From IMG/VR virus record IMGVR_UViG_3300045957_000047, positions 1-64,000 of that record: 64,000 nt of DNA; one strand, given 5' to 3'. Positions 37,401-46,972 of this stretch are shown here, in pieces; position 1 is the stretch's first letter; each line of letters opens with the position of its first letter. The stretch comes from a virus. The translations under genes were made by a program, and so were the position numbers. The notes under the pieces are model-generated. The model saw nothing but the letters and a program-made list of their open reading frames with translations, ran no database searches and was not told the DNA's origin.

Positions 37401-38393
37401 AGCCCCCCGAGGGAGGATGCCGTCAATGACCAGTTTCCTGCGCATCGAGATCTGCAGAGGGTGGAAGGCGTCGTCCCCGGCGGGGCAGAACAACGTACTG
37501 CCATCAGCATTGATCGCTCTGTTGGTGGAGTTAATCTGGGTAGGATTGCTTACCGTGTGAGCGGCTACAACAGTACTGTCATTGGTCAAGGCCAGAGTAG
37601 GGAAGCAGAAAAAGTCATCCCCAGCACCATCAGCACCTATCGGTAACGTAGCGTCAGGTTGAGGCAAGACAGTAACATTGCCTTCGTCATCCTCCTCGTA
37701 AGTAATCGTCCCACAAGAATACAAGCGACCGCCTACCTCCGCACGAATAGAGCCTCCAGCAGGTGTGATAAACGGATCATTAAGCTCTGCCAAGCGGTCT
37801 TCGTTATCAGTAATCCATTGTATGAAGCTTTTTGAATCCACCCCTCCCCACGCAAAAGCGTAAGCGTATCCAGGCATACAGAATATGGGATTACCAAAAT
37901 CAGAAACCAGTGGAATGTAGTGTTCTCGGTAAGGCTGGCCAGGTGTGCGCGGTGGGCACGTCGCGTTCGGGTCACCGGTGACAACACAAAGGTTATTGTT
38001 TTCGTCAAAAATGACAGTAGATGCTGTCGGGTCTGCATTGGCGACAATCTTTGTACAGGTGTCCCCGCTGGCATAAGTGATAAAATCAGTGACCTGACCG
38101 TCGTCACAGGTGGTACGCTCTGTTGTATCTCCCGCTTCGGGGGTGTCTACCAGAGTCTCAGTCTGACAACAAACGGGTTGGTTGTTTATCGACGCCAAAG
38201 CCTCTTGCTCTTCTTCACTCGCTCCACACAAGGGAGTTTGTGCAATGTTCTGAAGAGCCTGACCTTGGCAAGCAGCCAAAGCTTCCATAGCTGCTGTCTG
38301 AGCTTCTATCGCTTCGGTAGTCGCATCTACTGACTTGGTGACAGGATCAGCCAGATCCGGTTTGAGGTTACTAACTGTAGTGCTGCCACCCAT
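34413..38393 (-). CDS. Large repeat-containing virion protein (putative ejection-tube component)
   Basis: 1326 aa; MGGS N-terminus, Cys-rich domain, 44-aa and 32-aa helical repeats, Gly-rich C-terminus. Confidence 0.6.
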   Translation of the reverse strand: MGGSTTVSNLKPDLADPVTKSVDATTEAIEAQTAAMEALAACQGQALQNIAQTPLCGASEEEQEALASINNQPVCCQTETLVDTPEAGDTTERTTCDDGQVTDFITYASGDTCTKIVANADPTASTVIFDENNNLCVVTGDPNATCPPRTPGQPYREHYIPLVSDFGNPIFCMPGYAYAFAWGGVDSKSFIQWITDNEDRLAELNDPFITPAGGSIRAEVGGRLYSCGTITYEEDDEGNVTVLPQPDATLPIGADGAGDDFFCFPTLALTNDSTVVAAHTVSNPTQINSTNRAINADGSTLFCPAGDDAFHPLQISMRRKLVIDGILPRGAFTALGAYCPAWDGAEASDAVPKEGFIDTALNFLGVSDLIDYITCDNVTHLELKGKTPQEQYYMLWEDWWKTEKKAKCLQQRVYQAQIPLAIYGLIESLDLYNKLLDKNLDRICTSNDNFNLMAACSDALIGTEDSPGLVKQCETALLEGHNDRIGMINCRGQYACQVATDEFDAYYQLWRGIQHQEAPHLADRLHTMLDNGKFTSEYTMSWARNLDDTLQETVLPSIKKDYNAFVDSANCAANNLNGWRQEVRDKTQRVYNHVDQHHLPGEASMIPLLMNMTECMVSRVCELRDWLHQKAQCDDSTYREYYGSSEGPQARAAMASAAELIPKIADRVRWFEDNTRHVESIFKSCYGDPQATLNPALFQQAENLAPEVGRCFEWFKNQAVKDQDFFERIYRDSECDLVMQHFRHACTLLDGLNKSLEKIDKWSNADRSLYDDHFRSREVEATQELVFTGKTAAEDMTKFGQWFEQKSRDFHEVYNHNWLPADINNLLHHEKVWDRMDPLQVLERNIEDLGKQAATVLPVVESGIQHAQTYLDKVFQEADLFDYALEVPAALHVRDRIDAAQEELERCTSRYASGHLLAASMQLKNQGARSEGAAFEASQRWRFVANEALRRRMVEEQSGGLQVVDGLLTRHLELTQAESSSSAALLDRLNQSVERGRVYIDAFQNSGGLTANMQQNQINNLLQTVQLWHFWPELALRESGEFNAQVQNVLDDSQNLLQLGRFWPEHAQRNKDRGVDVMQQAFDVGLRLSQLGQFYLAQAQSSNAQVASIASGAGQLGNQFAQTGHNLNRIAGDRTQGALGSSVQASQMGLGAAEVGNQKLQQALEYENRMTLNGLEHLKAGISSMGVGVELMREGRNSYQLAGSYGLGAAQEMRGLFRHGLDQGIFGMQANEASYSMNFEMLSYAKNFLQKNHLSYLQAIHGQDVLDNSRLLQGNAENAVGSSFGLLGNSVQGAIQNNQPAPFPTGGFGQGGVGLGTGLSFAGGGF

Positions 38394-38397
38394 GTGA

Positions 38398-38922
38398 TTA
38401 ATCCCAGTCTAAAACATAGACTATCTTATTGTTTCTGGTTTCTTGACGCCAGCCCAACGTGTCGAGGGACTGGTATTTGTCCCGGATCTCCGGGTTTTCT
38501 CCGGCATAATAAGCCACTAACCTCAGTAAACCTCTCTCAGTCAGAGTGTCTTTGAGCCTATTGTTCAACGATCCATGAATCATCAAGCGATAGATCCGAC
38601 GCATGGCCGCAGGGTAATAACTGGAGGATGTCTTGTTGTTGTGATTGGTTATGGCATCAATGTAACTACTGCCGGTAGCCAGTGCCAAGTTGGCCTCTTT
38701 GGTGTGATCAAACAGATCGTTGAAGGGCGTGCAGTGGTGCTGGAAGAACAGCAACCCACAACTGTCGTCAGCTACCTTGGCACAAAAGACTCGAATCCAG
38801 TCAAACTCCTGCTTGTAGTCAATAGTAGTAAAGCCTTGGTCAGTAATCATCGTATTTTCCGCGAGATACCCCGTACTTAGGGAGGGGAGGATGTCAAAAC
38901 TGCTGATATGTTCGAGGATCAC
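38398..38922 (-). CDS. Hypothetical protein (possibly GNAT-like assembly factor)
   Basis: 174-aa ORF; function inferred only from its position before the ejection genes. Confidence 0.55.
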   Translation of the reverse strand: MILEHISSFDILPSLSTGYLAENTMITDQGFTTIDYKQEFDWIRVFCAKVADDSCGLLFFQHHCTPFNDLFDHTKEANLALATGSSYIDAITNHNNKTSSSYYPAAMRRIYRLMIHGSLNNRLKDTLTERGLLRLVAYYAGENPEIRDKYQSLDTLGWRQETRNNKIVYVLDWD

Positions 38923-39406
38923 TAATCAAATCAGCGACGCTACGGGCATGCTCCCAGCCCTGTGACGTGTTGGCCAGAATAGGTGCAATCTTTTTTATAA
39001 GAAGTTCAGGTAGCCGGTTCTGTACTTGGTACCCTCGACCCATCAAATGCCAGCTGAAATACTCGGCATGGATGATTTTGGCCAGGTTGTTACTGTATGT
39101 GGCCTCCCACAAATAGGCATTGCCAAACCCGACAAAGGGCGCTTGCATGGCGGCATAGGCCTCGTCGGTCCATTCAATCGGTTTACGCTCCAAGAGGTTT
39201 TGACACAGCACAGACCAGTGAATTACGGAGATAAAGGTGTTGAAAGCATTGGTTGTCATGTGCTTTGCAAACTCATTCAGACCCAGGTTATTTAGAGCGG
39301 GATTCTGATGAGCTGTATCCTGGCTTGCCGGAGTAGGTGTTTGCAAAGTCTCTTGCAGAGCAGTGTCGTCTCCCGCCATCTGTCTCATGTAATCTGCTTT
39401 CTCCAT
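38894..39406 (-). CDS. Hypothetical protein
   Basis: 170-aa ORF coupled to the nozzle gene. Confidence 0.7.
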   Translation of the reverse strand: MEKADYMRQMAGDDTALQETLQTPTPASQDTAHQNPALNNLGLNEFAKHMTTNAFNTFISVIHWSVLCQNLLERKPIEWTDEAYAAMQAPFVGFGNAYLWEATYSNNLAKIIHAEYFSWHLMGRGYQVQNRLPELLIKKIAPILANTSQGWEHARSVADLISDPRTYQQF

Positions 39407-41043
39407 CAGCTGTCCCCTTTAATGTTAGCGTAACCTTGGCCATAGTATAAAGCACACATAGGACTGTCTCCGAAAACCTGTAACTGGTAGCACGGCAGTA
39501 ACCTACTTCGGATCTTTACAAATCCCTCTTTGAGCTGTTTACTCTGACTCTCACAACCTTCTTTTAACACCGTGATCCTGTTGCCTGGCTGCACTTCTTT
39601 GTCTACATACTCCACACCCAACGTACTGATCTTGTTCAGCACTGAGTCTCTTTGCTCACCTTGCCTCCAACACATGGTCATGTAAGAATCGGCAGCATCA
39701 AACTGATAGACACCTCCATGGACTACAAAGAAAAGGTCATCACAATGATCAACAAACCAGCAATTGACCTCAAAAGTTAAACTGGTTACATCTGGAGGTA
39801 ACAGACCTGAGTCATCAAATCGATAGTCCCAGACCACAATATCTGAGTAACTGCTGACAAATAACCGGCTACGCCACAGGATCAGTTGACTGACTTGTCC
39901 TAACTGCTGCCAGGTATCATCGTCGAAAGCCGCCGTTGAGATAGTTCGGTAATTACCCTGCCTATCAATAGAGACCAGCCCAGTCTCTGAGGCATACAGT
40001 AGCCCGGATGAGGTGTTGACTACGGCAGTACAGTACTGAGGAGAGGGTATTTCTTTAAGTTCCCGAACAGGTCTTTCACTGCTGTTCTTGCAGTCAATGT
40101 CGTCATCAAGCAGGTATATCCCACCTTTTGTGAATACAAAGACACTGTTGTCACAGACTGCCACATTCTCCACAGACTCTGGGAAATCGTGGTAAGTCTT
40201 CAGGGGGAATCCCCAAGGTTTGTTACGTTCCGAGAAGGCAATAGAGTTCTCCCAGAACACAACCACCGAACCTTTGAAAGTCTCGCCAGCTACACAGGCA
40301 CCCATAGCAGGAGGCAGCAGTTCATCGGTCAGTAATGCATTCTGAGGTTCCTGGCACGGAAGTAGTATGATTTGTCTTTCGCATACGTATCCTCGAAACA
40401 CCAGGAACCATTGCTGCTCTTGTAATAGGGGTGTATACCCTTCCTGTACCTGACCCTGGAAGTCAGTCAGTCCTTGACTGCTGTCCCACAAAGATCGAGA
40501 CTCATAGATGTTCACCTCTGTCACACCCCACTTATCTTCCGGTGGGGGAGGTAAGTACAAAGACACTGAGGTCTTCGGGTCTACACACACGGATGCGGAC
40601 ACACAACTCGCTGGTCCCTCTTCGCAGTCAGTACCATAAGTAATCCGGTACGTTCTCTGCTCTGTGTCAGGTCCGTAGCTGGGTGTGTAGCCAGGGTCTA
40701 CCAGCACCTCAGGAGGCTCAGGTACCGGGTATCCCAGATTCTTCCAGTCACCAGAGGATTCAAGACGCTGAACTCTGCCTTGAGCGTTCGAGCGCAAGAG
40801 ACTCTTTGGCAGCTGAGTTTTAAAGAATCGGGTCTGGCTACTCGCATGGCCGTACCACTGACCTTCAAACTGTGTGAACGATCTCGTACTGTCTGGTAAT
40901 TTGTGCTTCAATACAGGCCGATGCCAGGGCTCAAAACGACCACTGGCTAAATTCATATTGACTGCTTCGGCAGCAAACTCTATGGGCAGATTACACGATT
41001 TTGACCGAGGGACCCTACCACGAGGGCGACGAATGGCTACCAC
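39406..41043 (-). CDS. Tail nozzle/tubular protein (podovirus type)
   Basis: N-terminal GxxPR...LP...A..A.N..L.SG.FEP, FSE..PWGFP, beta-rich 545 aa; synteny. Confidence 0.65.
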   Translation of the reverse strand: MVAIRRPRGRVPRSKSCNLPIEFAAEAVNMNLASGRFEPWHRPVLKHKLPDSTRSFTQFEGQWYGHASSQTRFFKTQLPKSLLRSNAQGRVQRLESSGDWKNLGYPVPEPPEVLVDPGYTPSYGPDTEQRTYRITYGTDCEEGPASCVSASVCVDPKTSVSLYLPPPPEDKWGVTEVNIYESRSLWDSSQGLTDFQGQVQEGYTPLLQEQQWFLVFRGYVCERQIILLPCQEPQNALLTDELLPPAMGACVAGETFKGSVVVFWENSIAFSERNKPWGFPLKTYHDFPESVENVAVCDNSVFVFTKGGIYLLDDDIDCKNSSERPVRELKEIPSPQYCTAVVNTSSGLLYASETGLVSIDRQGNYRTISTAAFDDDTWQQLGQVSQLILWRSRLFVSSYSDIVVWDYRFDDSGLLPPDVTSLTFEVNCWFVDHCDDLFFVVHGGVYQFDAADSYMTMCWRQGEQRDSVLNKISTLGVEYVDKEVQPGNRITVLKEGCESQSKQLKEGFVKIRSRLLPCYQLQVFGDSPMCALYYGQGYANIKGDS

Positions 41044-41609
41044 TCGAAAGGCCCTTTATCAGTTTTGATCTCGGAGCTACGAGTCATGGAACGTTCGGTA
41101 ATCTCAACAATGTGACCGTCCCTTACAACGACACTGTCCACTTCATAGCGCCCATCTGGAATATAGCCTTTACCGAGAGTTCTCTGGATGGCTACCCCAT
41201 CAGTAAATTCGATCAAACAATTGCCTGATTTAAGGGTACCAGTGAACGTCTGCGTAGGACAGGTCTCTTCCTCTGGATCTACAGGCTTATCTGAGCTGCA
41301 TGATTGGATCGCTTTCTTAGTCCAGCCCCACCGGATATCAGTACCACAGACCCAGTGAGTGGGGATCGTGTTCTCAATCCCTCTTTCAAGAAGCAGGTAG
41401 CCCCCTTTTTGATAGACTTTGACCACCTCAAAGCAAGTACCGTCAGTCAAGGTCAGATACGTGTACCCGGTGTCAGACAGCAGGTGACACAGTTTAGTGC
41501 CTACCTGATGGGGAATAGCGAGCTGACAACTGTCTATTGCCAAGTCTTCGGTCAGAAAAGAACACCAACCGTAGAGGGGGGTGTACTCAGTTGCATGGGC
41601 CATGGTCAT
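41037..41609 (-). CDS. Structural protein (Cys-rich)
   Basis: LTLTDG..FEVVKV...ERGIENT motif resembling virion proteins. Confidence 0.65.
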   Translation of the reverse strand: MTMAHATEYTPLYGWCSFLTEDLAIDSCQLAIPHQVGTKLCHLLSDTGYTYLTLTDGTCFEVVKVYQKGGYLLLERGIENTIPTHWVCGTDIRWGWTKKAIQSCSSDKPVDPEEETCPTQTFTGTLKSGNCLIEFTDGVAIQRTLGKGYIPDGRYEVDSVVVRDGHIVEITERSMTRSSEIKTDKGPFEW

Positions 41610-41934
41610 AGGAGTCCTGTTTCACTGTTGCTTGAGCGATGATACATGGCTGACTGTCTAGCATCACCTCATGCCGACACAGCTCATTGCATTGCTCGTC
41701 GGTGAGCACCACTTCATAGCGGCCAGGACCACACTCGGCTATCTCAGGAGGCAACAATACTGTCAGATGTAGCGAATTACGCGCTGTCTGAGATAGGCCA
41801 CACAGTCGCTCTTCACAATTGAGTTGATGCCAGTCAGATCGGACTTCTACGCTGGGATGGATAGGATGACAGAACTCCAGAGTCAGCCTGGCAGGTAGTT
41901 CCGTGATGACGGTATGGCAAGTCTCCAATCTCAA
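41587..41934 (-). CDS. Cys-rich hypothetical structural protein
   Basis: 115 aa with 9 Cys. Confidence 0.65.
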   Translation of the reverse strand: MRLETCHTVITELPARLTLEFCHPIHPSVEVRSDWHQLNCEERLCGLSQTARNSLHLTVLLPPEIAECGPGRYEVVLTDEQCNELCRHEVMLDSQPCIIAQATVKQDSYDHGPCN

Positions 41935-42578
41935 AATAGACTCCCGGTACAGCGCCCTTTCTTTCTGCCTAACAGAAGCTCAGGCTCTATTCGGTTGTCT
42001 TTGGGATCTACATCAAAGCCATTGCCTATCAGTACCTTGGCAGAAGCCATGCCTCCTTGGAACTGGTTTTCATAGAACTCACCCAATTGTAAGTTGGTCC
42101 AAGGTTTGCCTCCCATCAATAGAAGTTGCGCCATGACGCCATGCCGGAATTCTGTCTCAAACCGTTCCACCAATTCACAGGGATACTCACAAGCCTCAGA
42201 AGTCATTCGCAAAGTGACCTCAACTTCCAAGCTATCTTCATTACACGGGTAATACCCATGCAGTCGAATCGTGTGTAACCCCTCTACTTCATACCCTTGA
42301 GGGCAAGGGTGGCATTTATCCTTGACCTGTTGAAGGCAACACTGGTTGTACCTGACGTTGTGAACATACTGAGTGGTAAAACCTTTTGGCATGAATCGCT
42401 TAAAGGGATAGTGGTGGACTTTCTCTTGAGTCGGTATGGATATCCAGACCCGGTAAGGCTGGGCGCAGCTGAACTCTTGCACCACGCGGGTCAAAGCTCG
42501 TCGAATCAATATCGTGGGAATATTGTCATACTCTGCAGCGATATCGGTAATGATCCACGTTGCATCACACAGTCTCAA
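41931..42578 (-). CDS. Head-tail adaptor protein
   Basis: ALTRVVQEFS...W and GVMAQLLLMGGKPWTN pattern; synteny. Confidence 0.6.
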   Translation of the reverse strand: MRLCDATWIITDIAAEYDNIPTILIRRALTRVVQEFSCAQPYRVWISIPTQEKVHHYPFKRFMPKGFTTQYVHNVRYNQCCLQQVKDKCHPCPQGYEVEGLHTIRLHGYYPCNEDSLEVEVTLRMTSEACEYPCELVERFETEFRHGVMAQLLLMGGKPWTNLQLGEFYENQFQGGMASAKVLIGNGFDVDPKDNRIEPELLLGRKKGRCTGSLF

Positions 42579-43246
42579 GAGGTCTGCTCCTGTCGTCGGG
42601 CAACAGGGGCCAAGTCAAAGAAGGAAGATCGGTGTCGGTCAGCTGTTGTTTGAGTGACCCCATTCACGGTGTCCATACTCTGAGCCTGGTACATCACATA
42701 TTCGATGACTGTGTTCACCCACTTCAGAACTTCGCAGTCCAGCTCTTTGGTAGGGTCATCAAAGAAACGTTTCATGTTGGAGCAGTTGATCATGAGATGG
42801 ACCTCTTTGCCTACATTGACCAAAGGTGTCAGTAGTAACCGTTGGGAATCCCCTGGCAGCATGGCGTAGTGGTATAGACCCGAACCACTACAGTCATTAA
42901 TCAACGAGTTGTACAAGAAGCTTGCTTTGAGCGAAGCATAATCTGATTCAAAGACGGGCAGTGGCTTACCGTCAACAGAGACACTGAGAACTTCTAATAG
43001 CCTCTCACACTCTGGGGGTAAGGTGTAAGCCATACCATCCCAAGTTAAAGACACCTCGGTCACATGGCCAAACAGACTAGGTCGTCTGCCCTGTAGCCAC
43101 TTAAAGGTATCGAATAGTCGAGCAGTAATCCATTTCAGAGGGTACTGGGAATAAGGATCTAACGGATCGTCATCCCCCAACTGGAATGCAATACGTTCAG
43201 CAATCCCTTGGATGCTGTTGGCATACTCGTGCTCTTCGATACCCAT
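42575..43246 (-). CDS. Head-tail adaptor protein
   Basis: QLGD...RRPSLF...TLPPECERLLEV...EYVMYQAQSMD pattern; synteny. Confidence 0.6.
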   Translation of the reverse strand: MGIEEHEYANSIQGIAERIAFQLGDDDPLDPYSQYPLKWITARLFDTFKWLQGRRPSLFGHVTEVSLTWDGMAYTLPPECERLLEVLSVSVDGKPLPVFESDYASLKASFLYNSLINDCSGSGLYHYAMLPGDSQRLLLTPLVNVGKEVHLMINCSNMKRFFDDPTKELDCEVLKWVNTVIEYVMYQAQSMDTVNGVTQTTADRHRSSFFDLAPVARRQEQTS

Positions 43247-43293
43247 TAACCATTACTCAGAAGCCAGGAGGTCTAGCGATTGCCCTAACCAAA

Positions 43294-43884
43294 TTATTCT
43301 CCTACTACCAAGTCATCAGGACTGGTACGAGCACCTTGAAGCTCCAGAACCTGTGCTCGAAGGGCAAGAAGCTCAGTTTTGTATTCATCAAGCTGTGCCT
43401 GGTACTGGCCAGGTACCTCTCCTTCAAGATCGGGATTACGTGGATTGTCTCCAGCCCCTCCTACCCCATCAAAGTTATGAGGTCCCCCAGAGTGAGTATC
43501 TCGGGCATAAGCGGGTGGCTTGTAATCGAACGGTGGAGGCTGAGCTGCTGGATGATCATCAAACAGAGCACGTTTCTCCCCTTGACTGTTGCCAATAAAG
43601 TACTCAGGAGGCACAGGCGCATCAGGAGCATGTTGCCATATAGGCATGTTGTCCTTGTCCAGAGCCACACACACTTCTCGGACAATGCCTTCTGGAATGT
43701 ACCAAGAAGTAAACAAAAACTCTGGCAGCACTACCTTTACGCCATCCTCTTCCGTCTGAGTGTATCGAAAACGACCGACCCAATACTCCGTCAGTTGCTC
43801 TCGAATACGGCTTTTCTCTATGGCAGTGAGTTTCTTACCTCGCTGTCGGGCTTCAATCTTTTCGTTAAAGGCACTCATAGTCAA
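43294..43884 (-). CDS. Hypothetical protein
   Basis: 196-aa ORF with GGGGAG RBS. Confidence 0.7.
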   Translation of the reverse strand: MTMSAFNEKIEARQRGKKLTAIEKSRIREQLTEYWVGRFRYTQTEEDGVKVVLPEFLFTSWYIPEGIVREVCVALDKDNMPIWQHAPDAPVPPEYFIGNSQGEKRALFDDHPAAQPPPFDYKPPAYARDTHSGGPHNFDGVGGAGDNPRNPDLEGEVPGQYQAQLDEYKTELLALRAQVLELQGARTSPDDLVVGE

Positions 43885-43901
43885 TCTCCCCGAATGTTAA
43901 A

Positions 43902-44648
43902 TTACTTGCCTGTCTTGACAGTCATGGTATTGACTGTAGCCGTCAGCACAAAATTATCCAATCGACCTGAAGCCGGGCGACAATCTTCCGCAGGGATATC
44001 ATCAGGCATGGCTTCAATCTCAAACAGGATAACATCATAGCCATCACACAGGCTACTGAACTGAAGATCGGGGTCAATGTCTTTGATGTCTACACACTGC
44101 ATCTTCTCAGTAGTTTGGCCAAAGTCAATACTGCCCGTCAGATCTGTGTTGGCTGCCATCAATTTGAACTTACCCATAACCCCAGGAGTCGGTTTGGTTA
44201 CTGACCAGACGAAGTCAGTAAACTTCTCTTTGGCTGGCACCAAGTGCGTGGCAATACAGTCGCCCACCTTTAACTTGGGTCGCATCGTCTTGCAGTAGTA
44301 GTAATTCAGTCCTACTTGGTTTGGGTGACCCTGGATGTCTTCAATGAACACCGGACAGTTCTTGTCTTCAGGAAGGCAAGATCGAGGGCGCTCGGTCAGA
44401 CATAGAGGTCGACAGTACACAATGTCCTTTGGATCTCTAAAGTCCAAGATACGTTCATTGGCAAAAACGCCGTGTCCTCGGTGTCCTGTAGTAGGACCGT
44501 TCCAAGGCACTCCTTCTTCCACATTGTAACCATATGATTCCGCAGCTGATGGTGGGATCATGGGGTGGGAAGGCCACTGACATAGGCCTTGGTCATCGTT
44601 GACTACTGGCATGCCGCCCAACTGCAACCAGTAAATAGTTCCGCTCAT
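43902..44648 (-). CDS. Putative capsid decoration protein (Cys-rich)
   Basis: Immediately downstream of the major capsid gene; strong RBS; 10 Cys. Confidence 0.55.
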   Translation of the reverse strand: MSGTIYWLQLGGMPVVNDDQGLCQWPSHPMIPPSAAESYGYNVEEGVPWNGPTTGHRGHGVFANERILDFRDPKDIVYCRPLCLTERPRSCLPEDKNCPVFIEDIQGHPNQVGLNYYYCKTMRPKLKVGDCIATHLVPAKEKFTDFVWSVTKPTPGVMGKFKLMAANTDLTGSIDFGQTTEKMQCVDIKDIDPDLQFSSLCDGYDVILFEIEAMPDDIPAEDCRPASGRLDNFVLTATVNTMTVKTGK

Positions 44649-44669
44649 TTTGTGTTCCTCTGTTACTGG

Positions 44670-45686
44670 TTATTTAAGGGAAGTGCTTACGAAAGTCACC
44701 CAAGCCAAACCGAGACCTTGACGAGTAATGACCGACTGTCCATAAACAAAAAGACCTTGCATAAAAGACGCGAAATAATCTGGATGATCATTAACTTCCC
44801 GACTTTTATCCAGCGTCACTACAGCTCCAGTAGCGTCTTTGCGACCAAAGATAATGGGGTAGACAATCTCACCAGTAGGCAACTCGTGAGCAAATTCATC
44901 AAGCATTGAACTGGTCCACATATCGAAGTTGCCTAGATCCAATCGAATACTGCCGTCTTCCAAAGCAGAACGCTCCACTGCCGGGCAACATCCTTTTGCT
45001 TGTGATTCTTGCCACACTTCCCAATAACAATCAGGAACCAACATGAATGGATCAGTTCCTGGGTTATTGCTGGTTTGCCCCCGACGTTGAGCCACTACAG
45101 ACGCTGAAGTCAGAACACCATGAGCATGCTGATTGAATTTGGCTATACGGTCACAATCAATACGCAGAGGATCATCACACTCCCCCAGGCAGTATTTCTT
45201 TTTCTTGTGTCCTGCACAGTTACCTCGATTCTTGGGGTGTGCTCCCAAAATCATTTCACGGATAGTAGCAGCTGTCAGTATATCGGCTTTCTGACGCATG
45301 AGATCTGCCATGACCTCATTGAAGATATCTCGACTGTCACACATCATCTGCATGTCAACATCGTCAATCTTCATGTTGTAATACTTAGCATGCCCGATGG
45401 TGACTTCGTTCTTGGACCATTCTGGAAAATCATTCTCCAGCCGCATGTTGATGTAGTAATCTCGGATGACTCCGTGCGGCTGGGTACGCCATTCAATAGT
45501 CTGACCACACCGGCGTAGAGGTTCTAACGTCTGATTTGTCGCCAGCTGAGAGATATCCGTGATGTTGTAAAACTCATCCTCAAACTGTTCCCGGAACAGT
45601 TTTTCCATCGGATATTGGTTATGACCCGCCGCCGTAGGGACACCCCGAGGCTTTGAGTCGTAGTTTAAATCATTTCGTCCTGCCAT
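44670..45686 (-). CDS. Major capsid protein (HK97 fold, P22-coat-like)
   Basis: GQTIEWR..P..IRDY, TI.HAKYYNMKIDDVD, QGLFVYG; follows the scaffold gene. Confidence 0.8.
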   Translation of the reverse strand: MAGRNDLNYDSKPRGVPTAAGHNQYPMEKLFREQFEDEFYNITDISQLATNQTLEPLRRCGQTIEWRTQPHGVIRDYYINMRLENDFPEWSKNEVTIGHAKYYNMKIDDVDMQMMCDSRDIFNEVMADLMRQKADILTAATIREMILGAHPKNRGNCAGHKKKKYCLGECDDPLRIDCDRIAKFNQHAHGVLTSASVVAQRRGQTSNNPGTDPFMLVPDCYWEVWQESQAKGCCPAVERSALEDGSIRLDLGNFDMWTSSMLDEFAHELPTGEIVYPIIFGRKDATGAVVTLDKSREVNDHPDYFASFMQGLFVYGQSVITRQGLGLAWVTFVSTSLK

Positions 45687-45707
45687 CAGGGTAAAATCCT
45701 ATGGTGG

Positions 45708-46745
45708 TTATGCGCCCGCTTGGGCTTGTAGAAGGTTGATCTTGGTTTGAATTTCCGCTTGATACTTACGGTACTCAGGTCGAGTCATCGTCTGACCGTT
45801 AGCCTTTTTTGGGAAGTATCCTTGATTAGCGTTGGACATATTCTCACGGTACTTCTCTGTCCAGGCACGAGCCTCTGCCAACTTGGATTGTGCCTCTGAA
45901 CTAAGATCTTGTGCTTGAGGCATACTGCCGGTTGGCACAACAGAGGTATCCGACTGAGACTGCTGGCCTAAATCAGTGTGCTGGTCACGAAAGTCTTGGA
46001 GCATACCAATAGCTGACTGAAAGTCTGCTGGTGTTTTTCCTTTAACGTGTGCTGTCAACTGGTCTCCCCAAGCAATCGTACTGCCAGGATAGAGAGGCTG
46101 ATTGTACCGCTGTTTAAATGCAGGCATATCCACCAGTTTAGCCATAGAGCCTAAGCCCATCTGGGACATCCGATTTAGAAGCTCAGTATCGAAACTGGCA
46201 CGCTGTTGCTGTTGCTGGGATTCCAGGATTGCTTGGGTTTGCTGGAGCTGTTGCTGAAGAGGGCCTGTAGCTTCTTGCTGCCACTTTACCTTCTCTTGCT
46301 CCAGACGCTCTTGGAACATACGCTCCATATCACTCTGAGTTTTAGCAACGGCTTTATTGATAATAGGCAGTACGTCACCATGCTGCTCGATCTCATCATC
46401 TGTGAAGGCAAACTGAGTATCTACCTGTGCTTGACGTTGTGCCTGAGCCTGTGCCTGTTGCATGGCATCAAGTTGTCCAGACAGATGAGAAAAGTTATTC
46501 TGAACTTGATTCAACTGATTAGTAGTCTGACCCAGCTGGGCTTGAAGAGCAGCATTCTGTTGCTCCATTTTCTGTAGTTGATAATTTTCTTCAACACTAC
46601 GTTCCCGGATATCCTGCTCTTGAAAATCAGACAAAATGTCCGTAGGTGGTTGTGTGCCGTCATCCAAGTATTTCTGCTCTTGTGCAGTCAAACCCAGATT
46701 TCGAACATTAACAGGTGGAATGGATGGATCTGTAAGAACGCTCAT
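45708..46745 (-). CDS. Capsid scaffolding protein
   Basis: Gln-rich coiled coil directly upstream of the capsid gene. Confidence 0.65.
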   Translation of the reverse strand: MSVLTDPSIPPVNVRNLGLTAQEQKYLDDGTQPPTDILSDFQEQDIRERSVEENYQLQKMEQQNAALQAQLGQTTNQLNQVQNNFSHLSGQLDAMQQAQAQAQRQAQVDTQFAFTDDEIEQHGDVLPIINKAVAKTQSDMERMFQERLEQEKVKWQQEATGPLQQQLQQTQAILESQQQQQRASFDTELLNRMSQMGLGSMAKLVDMPAFKQRYNQPLYPGSTIAWGDQLTAHVKGKTPADFQSAIGMLQDFRDQHTDLGQQSQSDTSVVPTGSMPQAQDLSSEAQSKLAEARAWTEKYRENMSNANQGYFPKKANGQTMTRPEYRKYQAEIQTKINLLQAQAGA

Positions 46746-46770
46746 GATATTTCAATCTCCCCGATTGTAT

Positions 46771-46932
46771 TTAGCGAACGCGATTCTGACGGCATTTGGC
46801 ACAGCCTCGATTACCATTGTTCGAAAGAACACGACGTTGAGTAGGCTGCCGAACAGGAGGCTTGGTTTTACTGTGATCAACAACACGAGAAACACCTGAG
46901 ATCACAGTGTGGTTTGGATTTTCTGTTGTCAT
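46771..46932 (-). CDS. Small basic protein (53 aa, CxxC)
   Basis: MTTENPNHTV...GCAKCRQNRVR; fills the gap; AAGG RBS. Confidence 0.5.
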   Translation of the reverse strand: MTTENPNHTVISGVSRVVDHSKTKPPVRQPTQRRVLSNNGNRGCAKCRQNRVR

Positions 46933-46972
46933 AATAAGACCTTAGATACGTGAAACTGGTTACATTGTCAAG

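Noticed and set aside
43186-44040. 284-aa + strand ORF and the many other antisense or alternate-frame ORFs over the structural and collagen genes
   Set aside because: They are shadow ORFs opposite well-supported, coupled genes; Gly-X-Y and tandem-repeat codon patterns suppress stops in other frames
46943-46971. sigma70 promoter for scaffold/capsid genes (TTGACA-17-TATCTA, - strand)
   Set aside because: The -35 is perfect but the -10 lacks the conserved final T, so it is too weak to call
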